A DNA stretch of 22,191 nt from Chthoniobacteraceae bacterium (GTDB lineage: Bacteria > Verrucomicrobiota > Verrucomicrobiia > Chthoniobacterales > Chthoniobacteraceae). Below, one piece after another: positions 1 through 8,384 of the stretch. The translations under genes and the position numbers were made by a program. The stretch covers positions 1 through 22,191 of the forward strand of contig JANNXQ010000089.1 of assembly GCA_031409655.1 (NCBI GenBank), read 5' to 3'. The notes below the pieces were generated by a model. The model did not search any database. It saw only the letters and a list, made by a program, of their open reading frames with translations, and was not told the DNA's origin. The stretch's first letter is position 1. Each line of letters begins with the position of its first letter.

Positions 1-637
1 TGATCGCCAGCATGCTGCCGGCGAAGCCAAGGCGGCTCTGCTCCGCACCGTTCTGCGCGCGGGAGGTAGCCACGTTTTCCAGGCCCGTGGTGATCTGCGC
101 AGTCGTCAGCGCCGCGAGGTTCGTCGCGCCGGTGATCGTCGAGACGTTCGTGGTGAGCGCCGACTGGGTGATGTTCAGGCTCTGCGCACCATCTTCGGAG
201 GTCGAGACCGAGAGGGTCGTGCCGCCGAAGAGAGCCACACTGTTGAAAGTGTTGCTCGTGATGTTGGTCAGTTCGGCTTTCAGCGCGGTGAACTCGGTGT
301 CGTAGTTCGCCTTGTCCGTCGTGCTCTTGGTCGCATCGCTGCTGAGCGTCTTCAGCTCGGCGATCCGCTCCAGCACTTTGCCGGCGGTCTTCAACGAGCC
401 ATCCTGCGTCTGCAGGAAGCTGGTGGCATTGGCCACGTTGTTGGAGACGGCGTCGGTGCGCTTGAGCGCGGCTTCCAACTTCATGGAGACCGCGAGACCA
501 CCGGCGTCATCGGCTGGGGTCACGATCTTCGATCCGCTCGAGAGCCGTGCGAGGCTCTTCTGCAGCATGGAGTTGTTGTTGTTGAGGTTCATCGACGCGA
601 TGGACGCCGACGTGTTCGTATTGATGACTAGTGACAT
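1..637 (-). CDS. fliC: Flagellin, short type; runs off the left window edge (212 codons visible)
   Basis: Manual translation from ATG at 637: MSLVINTNTSASIASMNLNNNNSMLQKSLARLSSGSKIVTPADDAGGLAVSMKL...SFLQTQDGSL...RAQNGAEQSRL. These are the flagellin N- and C-terminal helical signatures. Absent from the ORF track because there is no stop in the window. Confidence 0.97.
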   Translation of the reverse strand, partial: MSLVINTNTSASIASMNLNNNNSMLQKSLARLSSGSKIVTPADDAGGLAVSMKLEAALKRTDAVSNNVANATSFLQTQDGSLKTAGKVLERIAELKTLSSDATKSTTDKANYDTEFTALKAELTNITSNTFNSVALFGGTTLSVSTSEDGAQSLNITQSALTTNVSTITGATNLAALTTAQITTGLENVATSRAQNGAEQSRLGFAGSMLAI

Positions 638-666
638 GTGTCTGTGTTCTTTCTTGAATGACTGCG

Positions 667-682
667 GCGACTTCCGTGTCGC
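667..682 (-). promoter_or_regulatory. CsrA/RsmA-type binding hairpin in the flagellin 5' leader
   Basis: Minus strand reads GCGAC-ACGGAA-GTCGC: a 5-bp stem with GGA in the loop, matching CANGGANG, about 30 nt before the start codon. Confidence 0.65.
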
Positions 683-744
683 GACGGGCCATTGGGACTC
701 GGTGGCTGGCCTCACCGGTCGGCGCAGATGCGCCGACACTGTTG

Positions 745-771
745 GGTTCGGCAGTTCGGCGCAGGACTTTA
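745..771 (-). promoter_or_regulatory. Sigma28 (FliA) promoter of flagellin
   Basis: Minus strand TAAA-N15-GCCGAACC versus consensus TAAA-N15-GCCGATAA, with exact spacing, about 108 nt upstream of the flagellin ATG. Confidence 0.8.
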
Positions 772-833
772 GGGCTTTTGATGGAAATTATCACTTCGCC
801 TGAGCACGGGACGTGATGCCACACGAATGCCCA

Positions 834-1517
834 ATGAAGCCTGCCGAAACACTGAACCGCCTCGACCGCGCACGTCGCTCCCGACGGAGCCGGGTTCGGG
901 ATTGGGCATTCGTCATGCAGGCTTCCCTGCTCCTGCCGTTTTCCCCGCTTCTCGCAGAACCGGCCAGTCCACCGCCCATTCGCCCGCCGTTCGGACTCGC
1001 TTGGGAGAAACCAGAGATCGACCTCGAGGAAGCGCTGCTCGGGGGGAGCGGTCGCATCGTCGAGCGGAAGAAAACCCGGGGAGAAGGCGAGAGCTGGCAC
1101 GTCGAAGGCCTCCCCCAGGCCGCCCTGCAACGCGCCACCTTCCACCTTCGCAGCCGCCGTCTCGTCGGCGTGGAACTACACTACGGCAAGGAAGACTGGA
1201 GCACGGAGAACTACGAACAATTCATGGAAAGCGTCCGGCTGGGGCTCGAAGCGAAATTTGGCGCGGGCGCGCTGATCGCCCGCAAGCAGGACACGGAGCG
1301 TGGCCTCCTCCAGACGCTCCTCGGCTACCGCTGGGAGCAGCCCTCCGGCTCGATCGAGCTCGTCTATTTTGCCGCGCAAAATCCGGAAAATCTCTACCGC
1401 GCGGTGAGCGTCCACTACGCCGCGCCCAGTGCCGCGGCGCCCGAGGCCCCACCGCCACTGCCCGCGGTCGCGCCCGTTTCCTCAGCACCCCTGCTCCCGC
1501 CTTTGCCCGAGAAATAA
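834..1517 (+). CDS. Hypothetical exported protein with Pro-rich termini (start uncertain: 813, 816, 834 or 915)
   Basis: Basic N-region and a hydrophobic stretch ending LLA-EP, a globular core (PFGLAWE...LVGVELHY...YRWEQ), and a Pro/Ala-rich tail. Confidence 0.7.
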   Translation: MKPAETLNRLDRARRSRRSRVRDWAFVMQASLLLPFSPLLAEPASPPPIRPPFGLAWEKPEIDLEEALLGGSGRIVERKKTRGEGESWHVEGLPQAALQRATFHLRSRRLVGVELHYGKEDWSTENYEQFMESVRLGLEAKFGAGALIARKQDTERGLLQTLLGYRWEQPSGSIELVYFAAQNPENLYRAVSVHYAAPSAAAPEAPPPLPAVAPVSSAPLLPPLPEK

Positions 1518-1566
1518 GCGGGACGCGAGTTTACCCGCGCGCGCTCTTGCGCTAGGGCATCGGGCT

Positions 1567-2148
1567 ATCCCTCCTCCGACACTCATCCTCGCCTCCGCCT
1601 CGCCGCGCCGCCGTGATCTTCTCGAGCGCGACGGCTACACTTTCACCGTCGTCCCGGCCGAGGTCACCGAAGTGGCGCCGCCACATCTCACGCCCGGGGA
1701 AGTCACGCTCGCCAACGCGCGCCTCAAAGCGAAGGCAATCGCCGCGGCGCATCCCGGGGCGCTGGTGCTCGGCGTGGATACGGTGGTCGCTTTTGAAGAG
1801 GAGGTCTTCGGCAAACCCCGGGACCTGGAGGAGGCGCTGACGATGGTGAGCCGGATGGCGGGAAAGGTGCATGAGGTCTGGTCCGGCGCGTGGCTGGTGC
1901 GCGGACCCCACGAGACGGGATTCACGGAGGTCACCAGGGTCCGCTTTCGATCGCTCGACGAGTCGCAACTGCGCGCCTACCTCGCGCGCATCGGTCCCCT
2001 CGACAAGGCCGGTGCCTATGCCGCGCAGGACGATCGCGGCGAACTCATCGAGCACGTCGAGGGCTGCTTTGACAACGTCGTCGGGCTGCCCATGAAAGCG
2101 CTCGCGCGGGCGCTGCAAAAGTTCGCGCCCTCGTCGCGTGACAAGTGA
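1567..2148 (+). CDS. maf: Maf family nucleoside triphosphate pyrophosphatase (start non-canonical/uncertain)
   Basis: Motifs LILASASPRRRDLL, LGVDTVV, FGKP, DKAGAYAAQ, NVVGLP. Confidence 0.93.
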   Translation: MPPPTLILASASPRRRDLLERDGYTFTVVPAEVTEVAPPHLTPGEVTLANARLKAKAIAAAHPGALVLGVDTVVAFEEEVFGKPRDLEEALTMVSRMAGKVHEVWSGAWLVRGPHETGFTEVTRVRFRSLDESQLRAYLARIGPLDKAGAYAAQDDRGELIEHVEGCFDNVVGLPMKALARALQKFAPSSRDK

Positions 2149-2189
2149 ATCGCGAACTGCGAAAAGTTTCTTTCTTCTCTTCCTTCCCC

Positions 2190-3533
2190 ATGAAACCTAC
2201 CTCCATCCTCAATCCATCCACCGACGCATTTTCCCGCCGCAAATTTCTCGGCACCAGCTCCAAGGCGATCGCCGGCGGTGCCCTGCTCGGTGCGCTTTCC
2301 GTCGAACGCTTTGCCCACGCCCAGGGTTCGGGCGATCTGAAGCTCGCACTCATCGGCTGCGGTGGACGCGGCACCGGCGCGGCGAATCAGGCGCTCAAAG
2401 CTTACAAAGGGCTGAAGCTCGTCGCGGTCGGTGAACTTTACGCCGACCGCGCGGAACTCGGGGTGAAGAATCTCGCCAGCCAGCACCCGGATCAGGTCGA
2501 TGTGCCGAAGGAGCGGCAGTTCCTCGGCTTCGAGGCTTACAAGCAGGCCATGGCGGTGGCCGATGTCGTGATCTGCGCGACGCCGTGCATGTTCCGCCCG
2601 CAGATGTTTGAGGAAGCGATCCGGCAGGGCAAACACGCCTTCCTCGAGAAGCCAGTGGCCGTGGACGCGCCCGGCGTGCGCCGCGTGCTCGCCGCTTACG
2701 CGGAAGCGAAGAAAAAGAATCTCAAGGTCGGCGTCGGCATCCAGCGTCGGCACCAGAAGGGCTACCTGGACGGCATCAAGCGCATCCAGGACGGCGCCCT
2801 CGGCCAACACATGTACTACCGCGCGATCTGGAACATGGGCGCCGCCCGGGCGCTGGTGCCGCGGAAAGACGGGATGAGCGAACTCGAGTTCCAGCTTCGC
2901 AATCAGTTTTACTTCGCGTGGCAGTGCGGCGACATCAATGTCGATCAGGGTCTGCACAATGTGGACGTGATCAACTGGATCAAAGGTGCCTACCCGATCT
3001 CCGCGCGCGGCATGGGCGGGGCCGAAGTCCGCAAGGACGGAAACTCCGGCACGGTGAGCGATCATGTGCATGTGGAGTTCGAGTACGCGGACGGCACGAG
3101 GCTCTTTCAGGTGAACCGCCAGATCCCCGGCTGCTGGGCCTACGTCGGCGAGACGGCCGTCGGCACCGAGGGCTCGTCGGATTTCGCCGGTGGCTCAAAT
3201 GTGTTCACCATCACCGGCAAGAATGCCTGGCGCTTCGACAAGAAAGCCGAGGATCCGAAGGATCCCTACCAGCAGGAACACGACGACCTCTTTGGCGCGA
3301 TCATCGGCAACAATGATTACAACGAAGCCGAGCGCGGCGCGCTCTCGACGATGAGCGTGATCATGGGCCGCATGGCTGCCTACTCCGGTAAGGAAATCAT
3401 GTGGGAGGATGCGCTCAAGTCCGAGCGGGAGATCGCGCCCATCATCAAGTCCTTCAACGATGAGCCCCCAGTAAAACCCGGCCCCGACGGCGTCTATCCG
3501 CGCCCAATCCCCGGCACCTCAGAGCCGGTGTAA
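2190..3533 (+). CDS. Tat-exported Gfo/Idh/MocA family oxidoreductase
   Basis: Twin-arginine signal SRRKFL...AHA, Rossmann motif LIGCGGRGTGA, EKP motif, DQGLHNVD. Confidence 0.92.
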   Translation: MKPTSILNPSTDAFSRRKFLGTSSKAIAGGALLGALSVERFAHAQGSGDLKLALIGCGGRGTGAANQALKAYKGLKLVAVGELYADRAELGVKNLASQHPDQVDVPKERQFLGFEAYKQAMAVADVVICATPCMFRPQMFEEAIRQGKHAFLEKPVAVDAPGVRRVLAAYAEAKKKNLKVGVGIQRRHQKGYLDGIKRIQDGALGQHMYYRAIWNMGAARALVPRKDGMSELEFQLRNQFYFAWQCGDINVDQGLHNVDVINWIKGAYPISARGMGGAEVRKDGNSGTVSDHVHVEFEYADGTRLFQVNRQIPGCWAYVGETAVGTEGSSDFAGGSNVFTITGKNAWRFDKKAEDPKDPYQQEHDDLFGAIIGNNDYNEAERGALSTMSVIMGRMAAYSGKEIMWEDALKSEREIAPIIKSFNDEPPVKPGPDGVYPRPIPGTSEPV

Positions 3534-3596
3534 GTTCCCCACACTCGGTGGCTAGGGCGAAACGGCACACTAACGGGCGATCTTAGGGCTTTGCGA

Positions 3597-3995
3597 ATGT
3601 CGCGCATTACCTCGGCATTCCTCGGCTTCCTATTTGGTGCCGCGGTCTTCGGCTTCGGGTGGTATGTCGACGATCGCCATGCGGTCCTTCGTCGACTTCC
3701 TGCGCAAATTCCTTTCGATTCGACGGGATGGAAGGAGGGCGACTCCTTCGCACGAGGTCGCATGTATCGAGACTTGGTCAAAGTGCTTCAGGAACTTCGT
3801 CCGACAGACAAGCGAGCGGAAGTGTTACTCGGACCTCCCGGGGTCACCGACAAGGATTACCTAAACGCTGCCGAAGTCTATTTGGTCTACCAAATCGATT
3901 TGGGGCAATACATGGGAGGCATGCCATTCCTCTACAAGCTCGGCCTGGCATTTCACAAGGACGGGAGTTTCTCGCATGTCGCAACGTGGGATTGA
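3597..3995 (+). CDS. Small membrane-anchored hypothetical protein (weak SmpA/BamE-like resemblance)
   Basis: N-terminal TM helix (AFLGFLFGAAVFGFGWY), then FDSTGWK...RGRMYRDL...LLGPP. Codons are more AT-rich than in neighbouring genes. Confidence 0.65.
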   Translation: MSRITSAFLGFLFGAAVFGFGWYVDDRHAVLRRLPAQIPFDSTGWKEGDSFARGRMYRDLVKVLQELRPTDKRAEVLLGPPGVTDKDYLNAAEVYLVYQIDLGQYMGGMPFLYKLGLAFHKDGSFSHVATWD

Positions 3996-4064
3996 CGACC
4001 AAATACTGCTCTCACCAAGCAGCCTAAATCGTGATCAGAGTCGTCACGGGTCTCAAGCGAGACG

Positions 4065-4766
4065 CTATTTCGGCACGAACTGCAACTCCGGCGACGCCGT
4101 CTCCTTGTAGCCTGCGGGGATGTCGAAGGCGTTGGCTGGGACTGGCGTTTCCTTCACGGAGATGGTCGTCGTCGTCACCTTCTTGCCGCCGAGCACCAGT
4201 TCGGTCTTCATCGTCATCCCGGGGAAGCTTCCGGGGTCGGGCATCAGCCCCTGCTGCGAAAGGGCGAGTGGGCTGCCTTGCACGGCGGCGAGTTGCGCCT
4301 GGATGGTGGCGTAGTTGGGAAATTCTCGGGCGATCCAATAGGTGACCGAGAGCCCGCCGAGGTCGCATTTGAAAATCTCGCACTGGTGTTCGCCGACTTT
4401 TTCCTTCTTCCCGGTGGACTTGAGCTCAGGCGCTGGGGCCTCGCCGCGTTTCTTGCGCAGTTCCTCGAGCATCGCCTGGCTCTGCGCCGCGGGGATCTTC
4501 ATGAAAGTGCGCTCGCCGTGCTTGAGCGTGAAGGCGTCGCCGGTCGTTTTGTCGGTGATGATGCTCAGGGCCTGCGCGATATCGGCGCGGGATTTGCCGT
4601 CCTTGATGCGGATGGTCTGCTCCCCGGACTGACCCGCTCCTTCCACCTTCTGTACGAGGACGAGATCGGCCTGCGCCACTCCGACGAAAAGTGCGAAGGC
4701 GGAAATCGCCGAACCGACCCATGATCGCCGCGAAGGAATCGGGACCCCGCCGTTAGAGTCCCCCAT
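4065..4766 (-). CDS. Secreted DUF4412-like protein
   Basis: Signal peptide ending VAQA-D; TGKKEKVGEHQCEIF, YW, PGMTMKTE and FDIPAGYKE resemble the DUF4412 pattern. Overlaps the gcvH stop. Confidence 0.78.
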   Translation of the reverse strand: MGDSNGGVPIPSRRSWVGSAISAFALFVGVAQADLVLVQKVEGAGQSGEQTIRIKDGKSRADIAQALSIITDKTTGDAFTLKHGERTFMKIPAAQSQAMLEELRKKRGEAPAPELKSTGKKEKVGEHQCEIFKCDLGGLSVTYWIAREFPNYATIQAQLAAVQGSPLALSQQGLMPDPGSFPGMTMKTELVLGGKKVTTTTISVKETPVPANAFDIPAGYKETASPELQFVPK

Positions 4767-5151
4767 CGCTCGGAGCGCCGATGAGTTCGCGATACTGAGC
4801 GGGGTTTTTGAGTTCCTCGACCTCTTCGCCGGCCTCGATGCGGATCTGGAAGATCCAGCCTTCGCCGTAGGGATCGGTGTTCAGCAAAGCGGGGTTGGCG
4901 GTGAGCGCTTCGTTCACCGCGGTGATGGTGCCGGAGATCGGCGAGTAGATGTCACTCGCGGCTTTCACGGACTCCACGACGCAGGTCTGCTGCTCCGCCT
5001 TTACCTGCGCGCCCACTTTCGGCAACTCCACAAAGACGACGTCCGTGAGCTCATGCTGGGCGTGGTCGGAGATGCCGACGGTGCCGGTCTCGCCATCCAT
5101 GCGGAGCCATTCGTGAGAGGGGGCGTAGAAGAGACCATCGGGGACGTTCAT
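4753..5151 (-). CDS. gcvH: Glycine cleavage system H protein
   Basis: SHEW, GISDHAQHELTDVVFVELP, lipoyl motif VESVKAASDIYSP, NTDPYGEGW. Confidence 0.97.
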   Translation of the reverse strand: MNVPDGLFYAPSHEWLRMDGETGTVGISDHAQHELTDVVFVELPKVGAQVKAEQQTCVVESVKAASDIYSPISGTITAVNEALTANPALLNTDPYGEGWIFQIRIEAGEEVEELKNPAQYRELIGAPSDGGL

Positions 5152-5156
5152 GCGAG

Positions 5157-5267
5157 AAGTTGGGAGTTAAAGGGTGATTGTTGAAGAGCACCAGTTGTGA
5201 GAGGAAAGCGGGCTCGCGACAAGACTCGTGTGCAGGACCGACGGCGCTCAACCCTCAACGCTCAACT
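5157..5267. repeat. Degenerate inverted heptamer repeat array (NCTCAAC / GTTGAGN) between gcvT and gcvH
   Basis: gctcaac-cctcaac-gctcaac at 5246-5266, facing degenerate aagttgg-gagttaa-agggtga-ttgttga units at about 5157-5184. Confidence 0.55.
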
Positions 5268-6365
5268 ATCCGCCCTCCGCAGTGGCTTCTTCTCGATCAC
5301 CGCCGGATAGAGCCGGCCCCGGATGTCGATCTCGATGGGCTCATTGATGCGCGCATGCTCGACCGGGACGTAGGCCATGCCGATGCCCGTCTTAAGCGTC
5401 GGCGAGAGCGAACCACTGCTCGTCTCGGCGATCTTCACGCCATCCTTGAAGACTCCGTAATGCGAGCGCGGCGGCGGACTCGGCGCGGTCATTTTGAAAG
5501 GCACGAGCCGGCGCTTCAGCCCCTCGCTCTTCTGCTGCACGAGAGCCTGGCGCCCGATGAAGTCGGGCTTGTTCAGATCGACGAAGATGCCGAGCCCCGC
5601 GTCGAGCGGCGTGGTCTCGGGCGAAAGATCGGAGCCATTGAGCGGGTAGCACATTTCCAGGCGCAGCGTGTCGCGCGCACCGAGGCCGCAGGGCTTGATG
5701 CCAAATTGCGCGCCGCGCGCGAGGATGTCGCGCCAGGCCTTCACTGCGCGCTCGTCCACGCAGAAAACCTCAAAGCCGTCCTCACCGGTATAGCCAGTCC
5801 GGGCGATGTAGTAAGGCGCGCCGTCGATATCGATGCGCAGGATTTCGTTCCGCGCCGGGCGTCGATATTTTTCCCCAAAGAAGGCATCGAAGAGCTGCGC
5901 CGCGCGCGGCCCCTGGACCGCGAAGCCCGCGAACTCGCCGCTCGCATCCACGAAGTCGATCCCCCCCGCGAGGTGCGTCTGCATCCAGGCAAAGTCCTCA
6001 TCGATTTTCGCGGCATTCACCACGAGCAGCCAGCGCTCGGAGGCGAGCCGATAGACGATGAGGTCGTCGATCACGCCGCCGCGCTCGTTGAGCAGGAAGG
6101 TGTATTGGCATTCGCCGATATCGAGACGCTCGACGTTGTTCGTGAGCAGGCGATTGAGCCAGTCGCGCGCCCCCACGCCTTCCACGAAAAACTGCCCCAT
6201 GTGCGAGATGTCGAAGATCCCGAGACTGCCGCGCACCGCGTGATGCTCTTCGAGGATGCCGGTGTATTGGACCGGCATGGACCAGCCGCCGAAATCGACC
6301 ATCTTCGCCCCGAGCCGGACGTGCTCATCGTGGAGCGGGGTTTGTTTTAAGGGAGCATCAGGCAC
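5262..6365 (-). CDS. gcvT: Glycine cleavage system aminomethyltransferase T
   Basis: LKQTPLH, MVDFGGWSMPVQY, FDISHMG, ARTGYTGEDGFE, GLGARDTLRLE. GTG start at 6365; this is the 3' part of the 1122-aa track ORF. Confidence 0.97.
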   Translation of the reverse strand: MPDAPLKQTPLHDEHVRLGAKMVDFGGWSMPVQYTGILEEHHAVRGSLGIFDISHMGQFFVEGVGARDWLNRLLTNNVERLDIGECQYTFLLNERGGVIDDLIVYRLASERWLLVVNAAKIDEDFAWMQTHLAGGIDFVDASGEFAGFAVQGPRAAQLFDAFFGEKYRRPARNEILRIDIDGAPYYIARTGYTGEDGFEVFCVDERAVKAWRDILARGAQFGIKPCGLGARDTLRLEMCYPLNGSDLSPETTPLDAGLGIFVDLNKPDFIGRQALVQQKSEGLKRRLVPFKMTAPSPPPRSHYGVFKDGVKIAETSSGSLSPTLKTGIGMAYVPVEHARINEPIEIDIRGRLYPAVIEKKPLRRADS

Positions 6366-6372
6366 GGCGAGA

Positions 6373-6400
6373 AGGCTAGGCCCGAGGGGACGGGTGTCTA
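6373..6400 (-). promoter_or_regulatory. Putative sigma70 promoter giving a leaderless gcvT mRNA
   Basis: TAGACA-N16-TAGCCT, then 7 nt to GTG; no SD sequence. Confidence 0.5.
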
Positions 6401-6566
6401 GCGGCATTTCCACGCCCCGCCGCACTGGTCGAAAGATTTTGGCAATCCGGGTGACGGCGTCCATCCTCCCCCCGGTGCGGCATGAAGCGTGTTCCTTGGC
6501 CTCCCTCGCGAGGTTTGGCCAGCAAGGCCGTCCGCCGCGTCGATCCAATCCGAATCCCTTTGCCCC

Positions 6567-8384
6567 ATGAGGTCGAACCCGAAGAATAAATTTTCCCTGA
6601 CTCCGCGAAAAGCGATCCAGATCGGCGTCGTGCTGCTCGTCGTGCTCGGGGTGTTCGGCGGCCTCGGCTATCGCTGGATGCAGAGTTCGCGCTACGCCAA
6701 GGCCCTTCGCGATGCCGAAGATTTCCTGCGCCTCGGCGATCCGCGCAGCGCGGTCTTTGCCGCGAAACGGGCCGCCCGAATCCGCGAAGATTCCGTACCG
6801 GCCGCCCGGATGCTGGCCGAGGCCCTCGAAAGAACGGGTTCCATGGAGTCCGTGCTCTGGCGGAAAAAAGTGGTGACCCTCGCACCGGGCGACTGGCGGG
6901 ATCACATCGCCTTTGCCGCCGGCGCGATCCGCTTCCGCGATCCCAAACTGGCCAGCAGCGCGCTCGCCGGCGTGGACGCGACGGGCCGACAGCATATCGA
7001 CTATCACCGCACCGCCGCCGATGTGGCGCTCGCGCTCGGGAAGAATGTCGAGGCCGAAGACGCGCTCAACGAGGTCCTGCGGCTCGATCCCTACGACACC
7101 GAACGCGAGCTGAAGCGGGCGGTGCTCCGGCTGGCCTCGCCCGAGCAGGAAAAGAGCACCCTCGCAAAGGCCCGCATCGAGGAGCTGAAAGACGATCCGC
7201 GCCTGCGCCTGATCGCGCTGCGCGTCCTCGTGCGCGAAGCGATGCGCGCCAATGCCCGGCCGGAGCTGCGGCTCGCCCTTTCCAGCATCACCCCGATCGC
7301 GCAGTCCCCGTTGCGCAACGATCCGCGGCTTGGCGAATTTGCCTCCGAACTCCTCGCCGAGCCCGAGGCCACGATGGATGACTGCCTGCTCGCTCTCGAA
7401 GTCCTCCGGCTGATGGGTGATCCCGGTTATCAGGAAAAGCTGCCGCGGCTCGAAACGGCGAAGCACTCCGGCGCTGCCGACATCGGTGATGCGCTCCTCT
7501 GGATGAATACGCGGAATCTCGTCCTGCGCGGACAGGACTGGGTGTCGAAGTTGCCCGAGGAATTGCGCACTTCGCCCGAGGTCCAGCTCGCCAGCGCGGA
7601 TGCCAGGATGCTGACCCGCGATTGGCCGGCCGCGCAGGCCCTGGTGGAAGGAAAAGACTGGGGTGACTTTGAAGCGGATCGGCACGTCATCAGCGCCATC
7701 GTCTGGCGGGAACTGGACGACAGCCAGCGCGCGAATGCGAGCTGGGGGCTGGCCGAACTGCGGATGCAGCAGGACGTGAATCGCCTCCGGCGGCTTGCCG
7801 AGTTCTGCGCGCGCTGGGGCGCGGAGGCCGAGAAGGAAAAACTCTGGTGGCTGCTCGTCGCCTGCCCTGGTGATCACAAGGTCGTGCTCGAGAAACTTTT
7901 TAACCTCTGCCTGAAACGCAAAGACGGCGACGGACTGCACCGCGCCGTGAAGGCGATCTACCTCAAAAATCCAGAGGACCCCGCCGCGATGAACAACTAC
8001 GCGTGGCTGGCGCTCCTGCGGGGCGAAGACCTGCCGACGGCGCACACCCTGGCGGACAGCGTCTTCGCCGCGAATCCCGCGATCGGCCCCTTCGTCTCCA
8101 CCTACGCCTACTCCCTGCATCTGCGGGATCGCACCCCGGAGGCCGTGAAAGCGCTGGAAGCCCTGCCCCCGTCCGCCCTCCGCACGCCCGTGGTCGCCGG
8201 TGCCTATGGCTATCTGCTCCTCGCCACGGGACAGGCAGAGAAAGGCGCCGAGTTCATCAGCCTGGCGCGGCGCAGCCCGGATCTCCTGCCCGAGGAGGCG
8301 CGCCTTTTCCTCGAGAAAAAGCGCGAGACCATCGATCGCTCGCTCGACGTGCCCGACCTCCGCATCTTTTCCTCCGACCCATGA
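6567..8384 (+). CDS. Membrane-anchored TPR-like protein associated with an exosortase
   Basis: N-terminal TM anchor, all-helical Ala/Leu-rich repeats, AAMNNYAWL, STYAYSLH. Its TGA overlaps the exosortase ATG (ATGA). Confidence 0.85.
   Translation: MRSNPKNKFSLTPRKAIQIGVVLLVVLGVFGGLGYRWMQSSRYAKALRDAEDFLRLGDPRSAVFAAKRAARIREDSVPAARMLAEALERTGSMESVLWRKKVVTLAPGDWRDHIAFAAGAIRFRDPKLASSALAGVDATGRQHIDYHRTAADVALALGKNVEAEDALNEVLRLDPYDTERELKRAVLRLASPEQEKSTLAKARIEELKDDPRLRLIALRVLVREAMRANARPELRLALSSITPIAQSPLRNDPRLGEFASELLAEPEATMDDCLLALEVLRLMGDPGYQEKLPRLETAKHSGAADIGDALLWMNTRNLVLRGQDWVSKLPEELRTSPEVQLASADARMLTRDWPAAQALVEGKDWGDFEADRHVISAIVWRELDDSQRANASWGLAELRMQQDVNRLRRLAEFCARWGAEAEKEKLWWLLVACPGDHKVVLEKLFNLCLKRKDGDGLHRAVKAIYLKNPEDPAAMNNYAWLALLRGEDLPTAHTLADSVFAANPAIGPFVSTYAYSLHLRDRTPEAVKALEALPPSALRTPVVAGAYGYLLLATGQAEKGAEFISLARRSPDLLPEEARLFLEKKRETIDRSLDVPDLRIFSSDP

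Noticed and set aside
12..803. Plus-strand ORFs 12-305 and 312-803
   Set aside because: They are antisense to the clearly recognisable flagellin.
1420..1517. Pro-rich tail of the 834-1517 protein as an exosortase sorting signal
   Set aside because: It lacks the TM helix and basic cluster that follow PEP-CTERM-type motifs.
3570..4064. Integron cassette (attC) around the lower-GC gene
   Set aside because: CTTAGGGC and GCCTAAA only loosely resemble GTTRRRY/RYYYAAC; no proper paired R and L boxes and no integrase.
6478..6493. Sigma54 promoter for the TPR-exosortase operon (CGGCATGAAGCGTGT)
   Set aside because: The -12 position is GT rather than the near-invariant GC.
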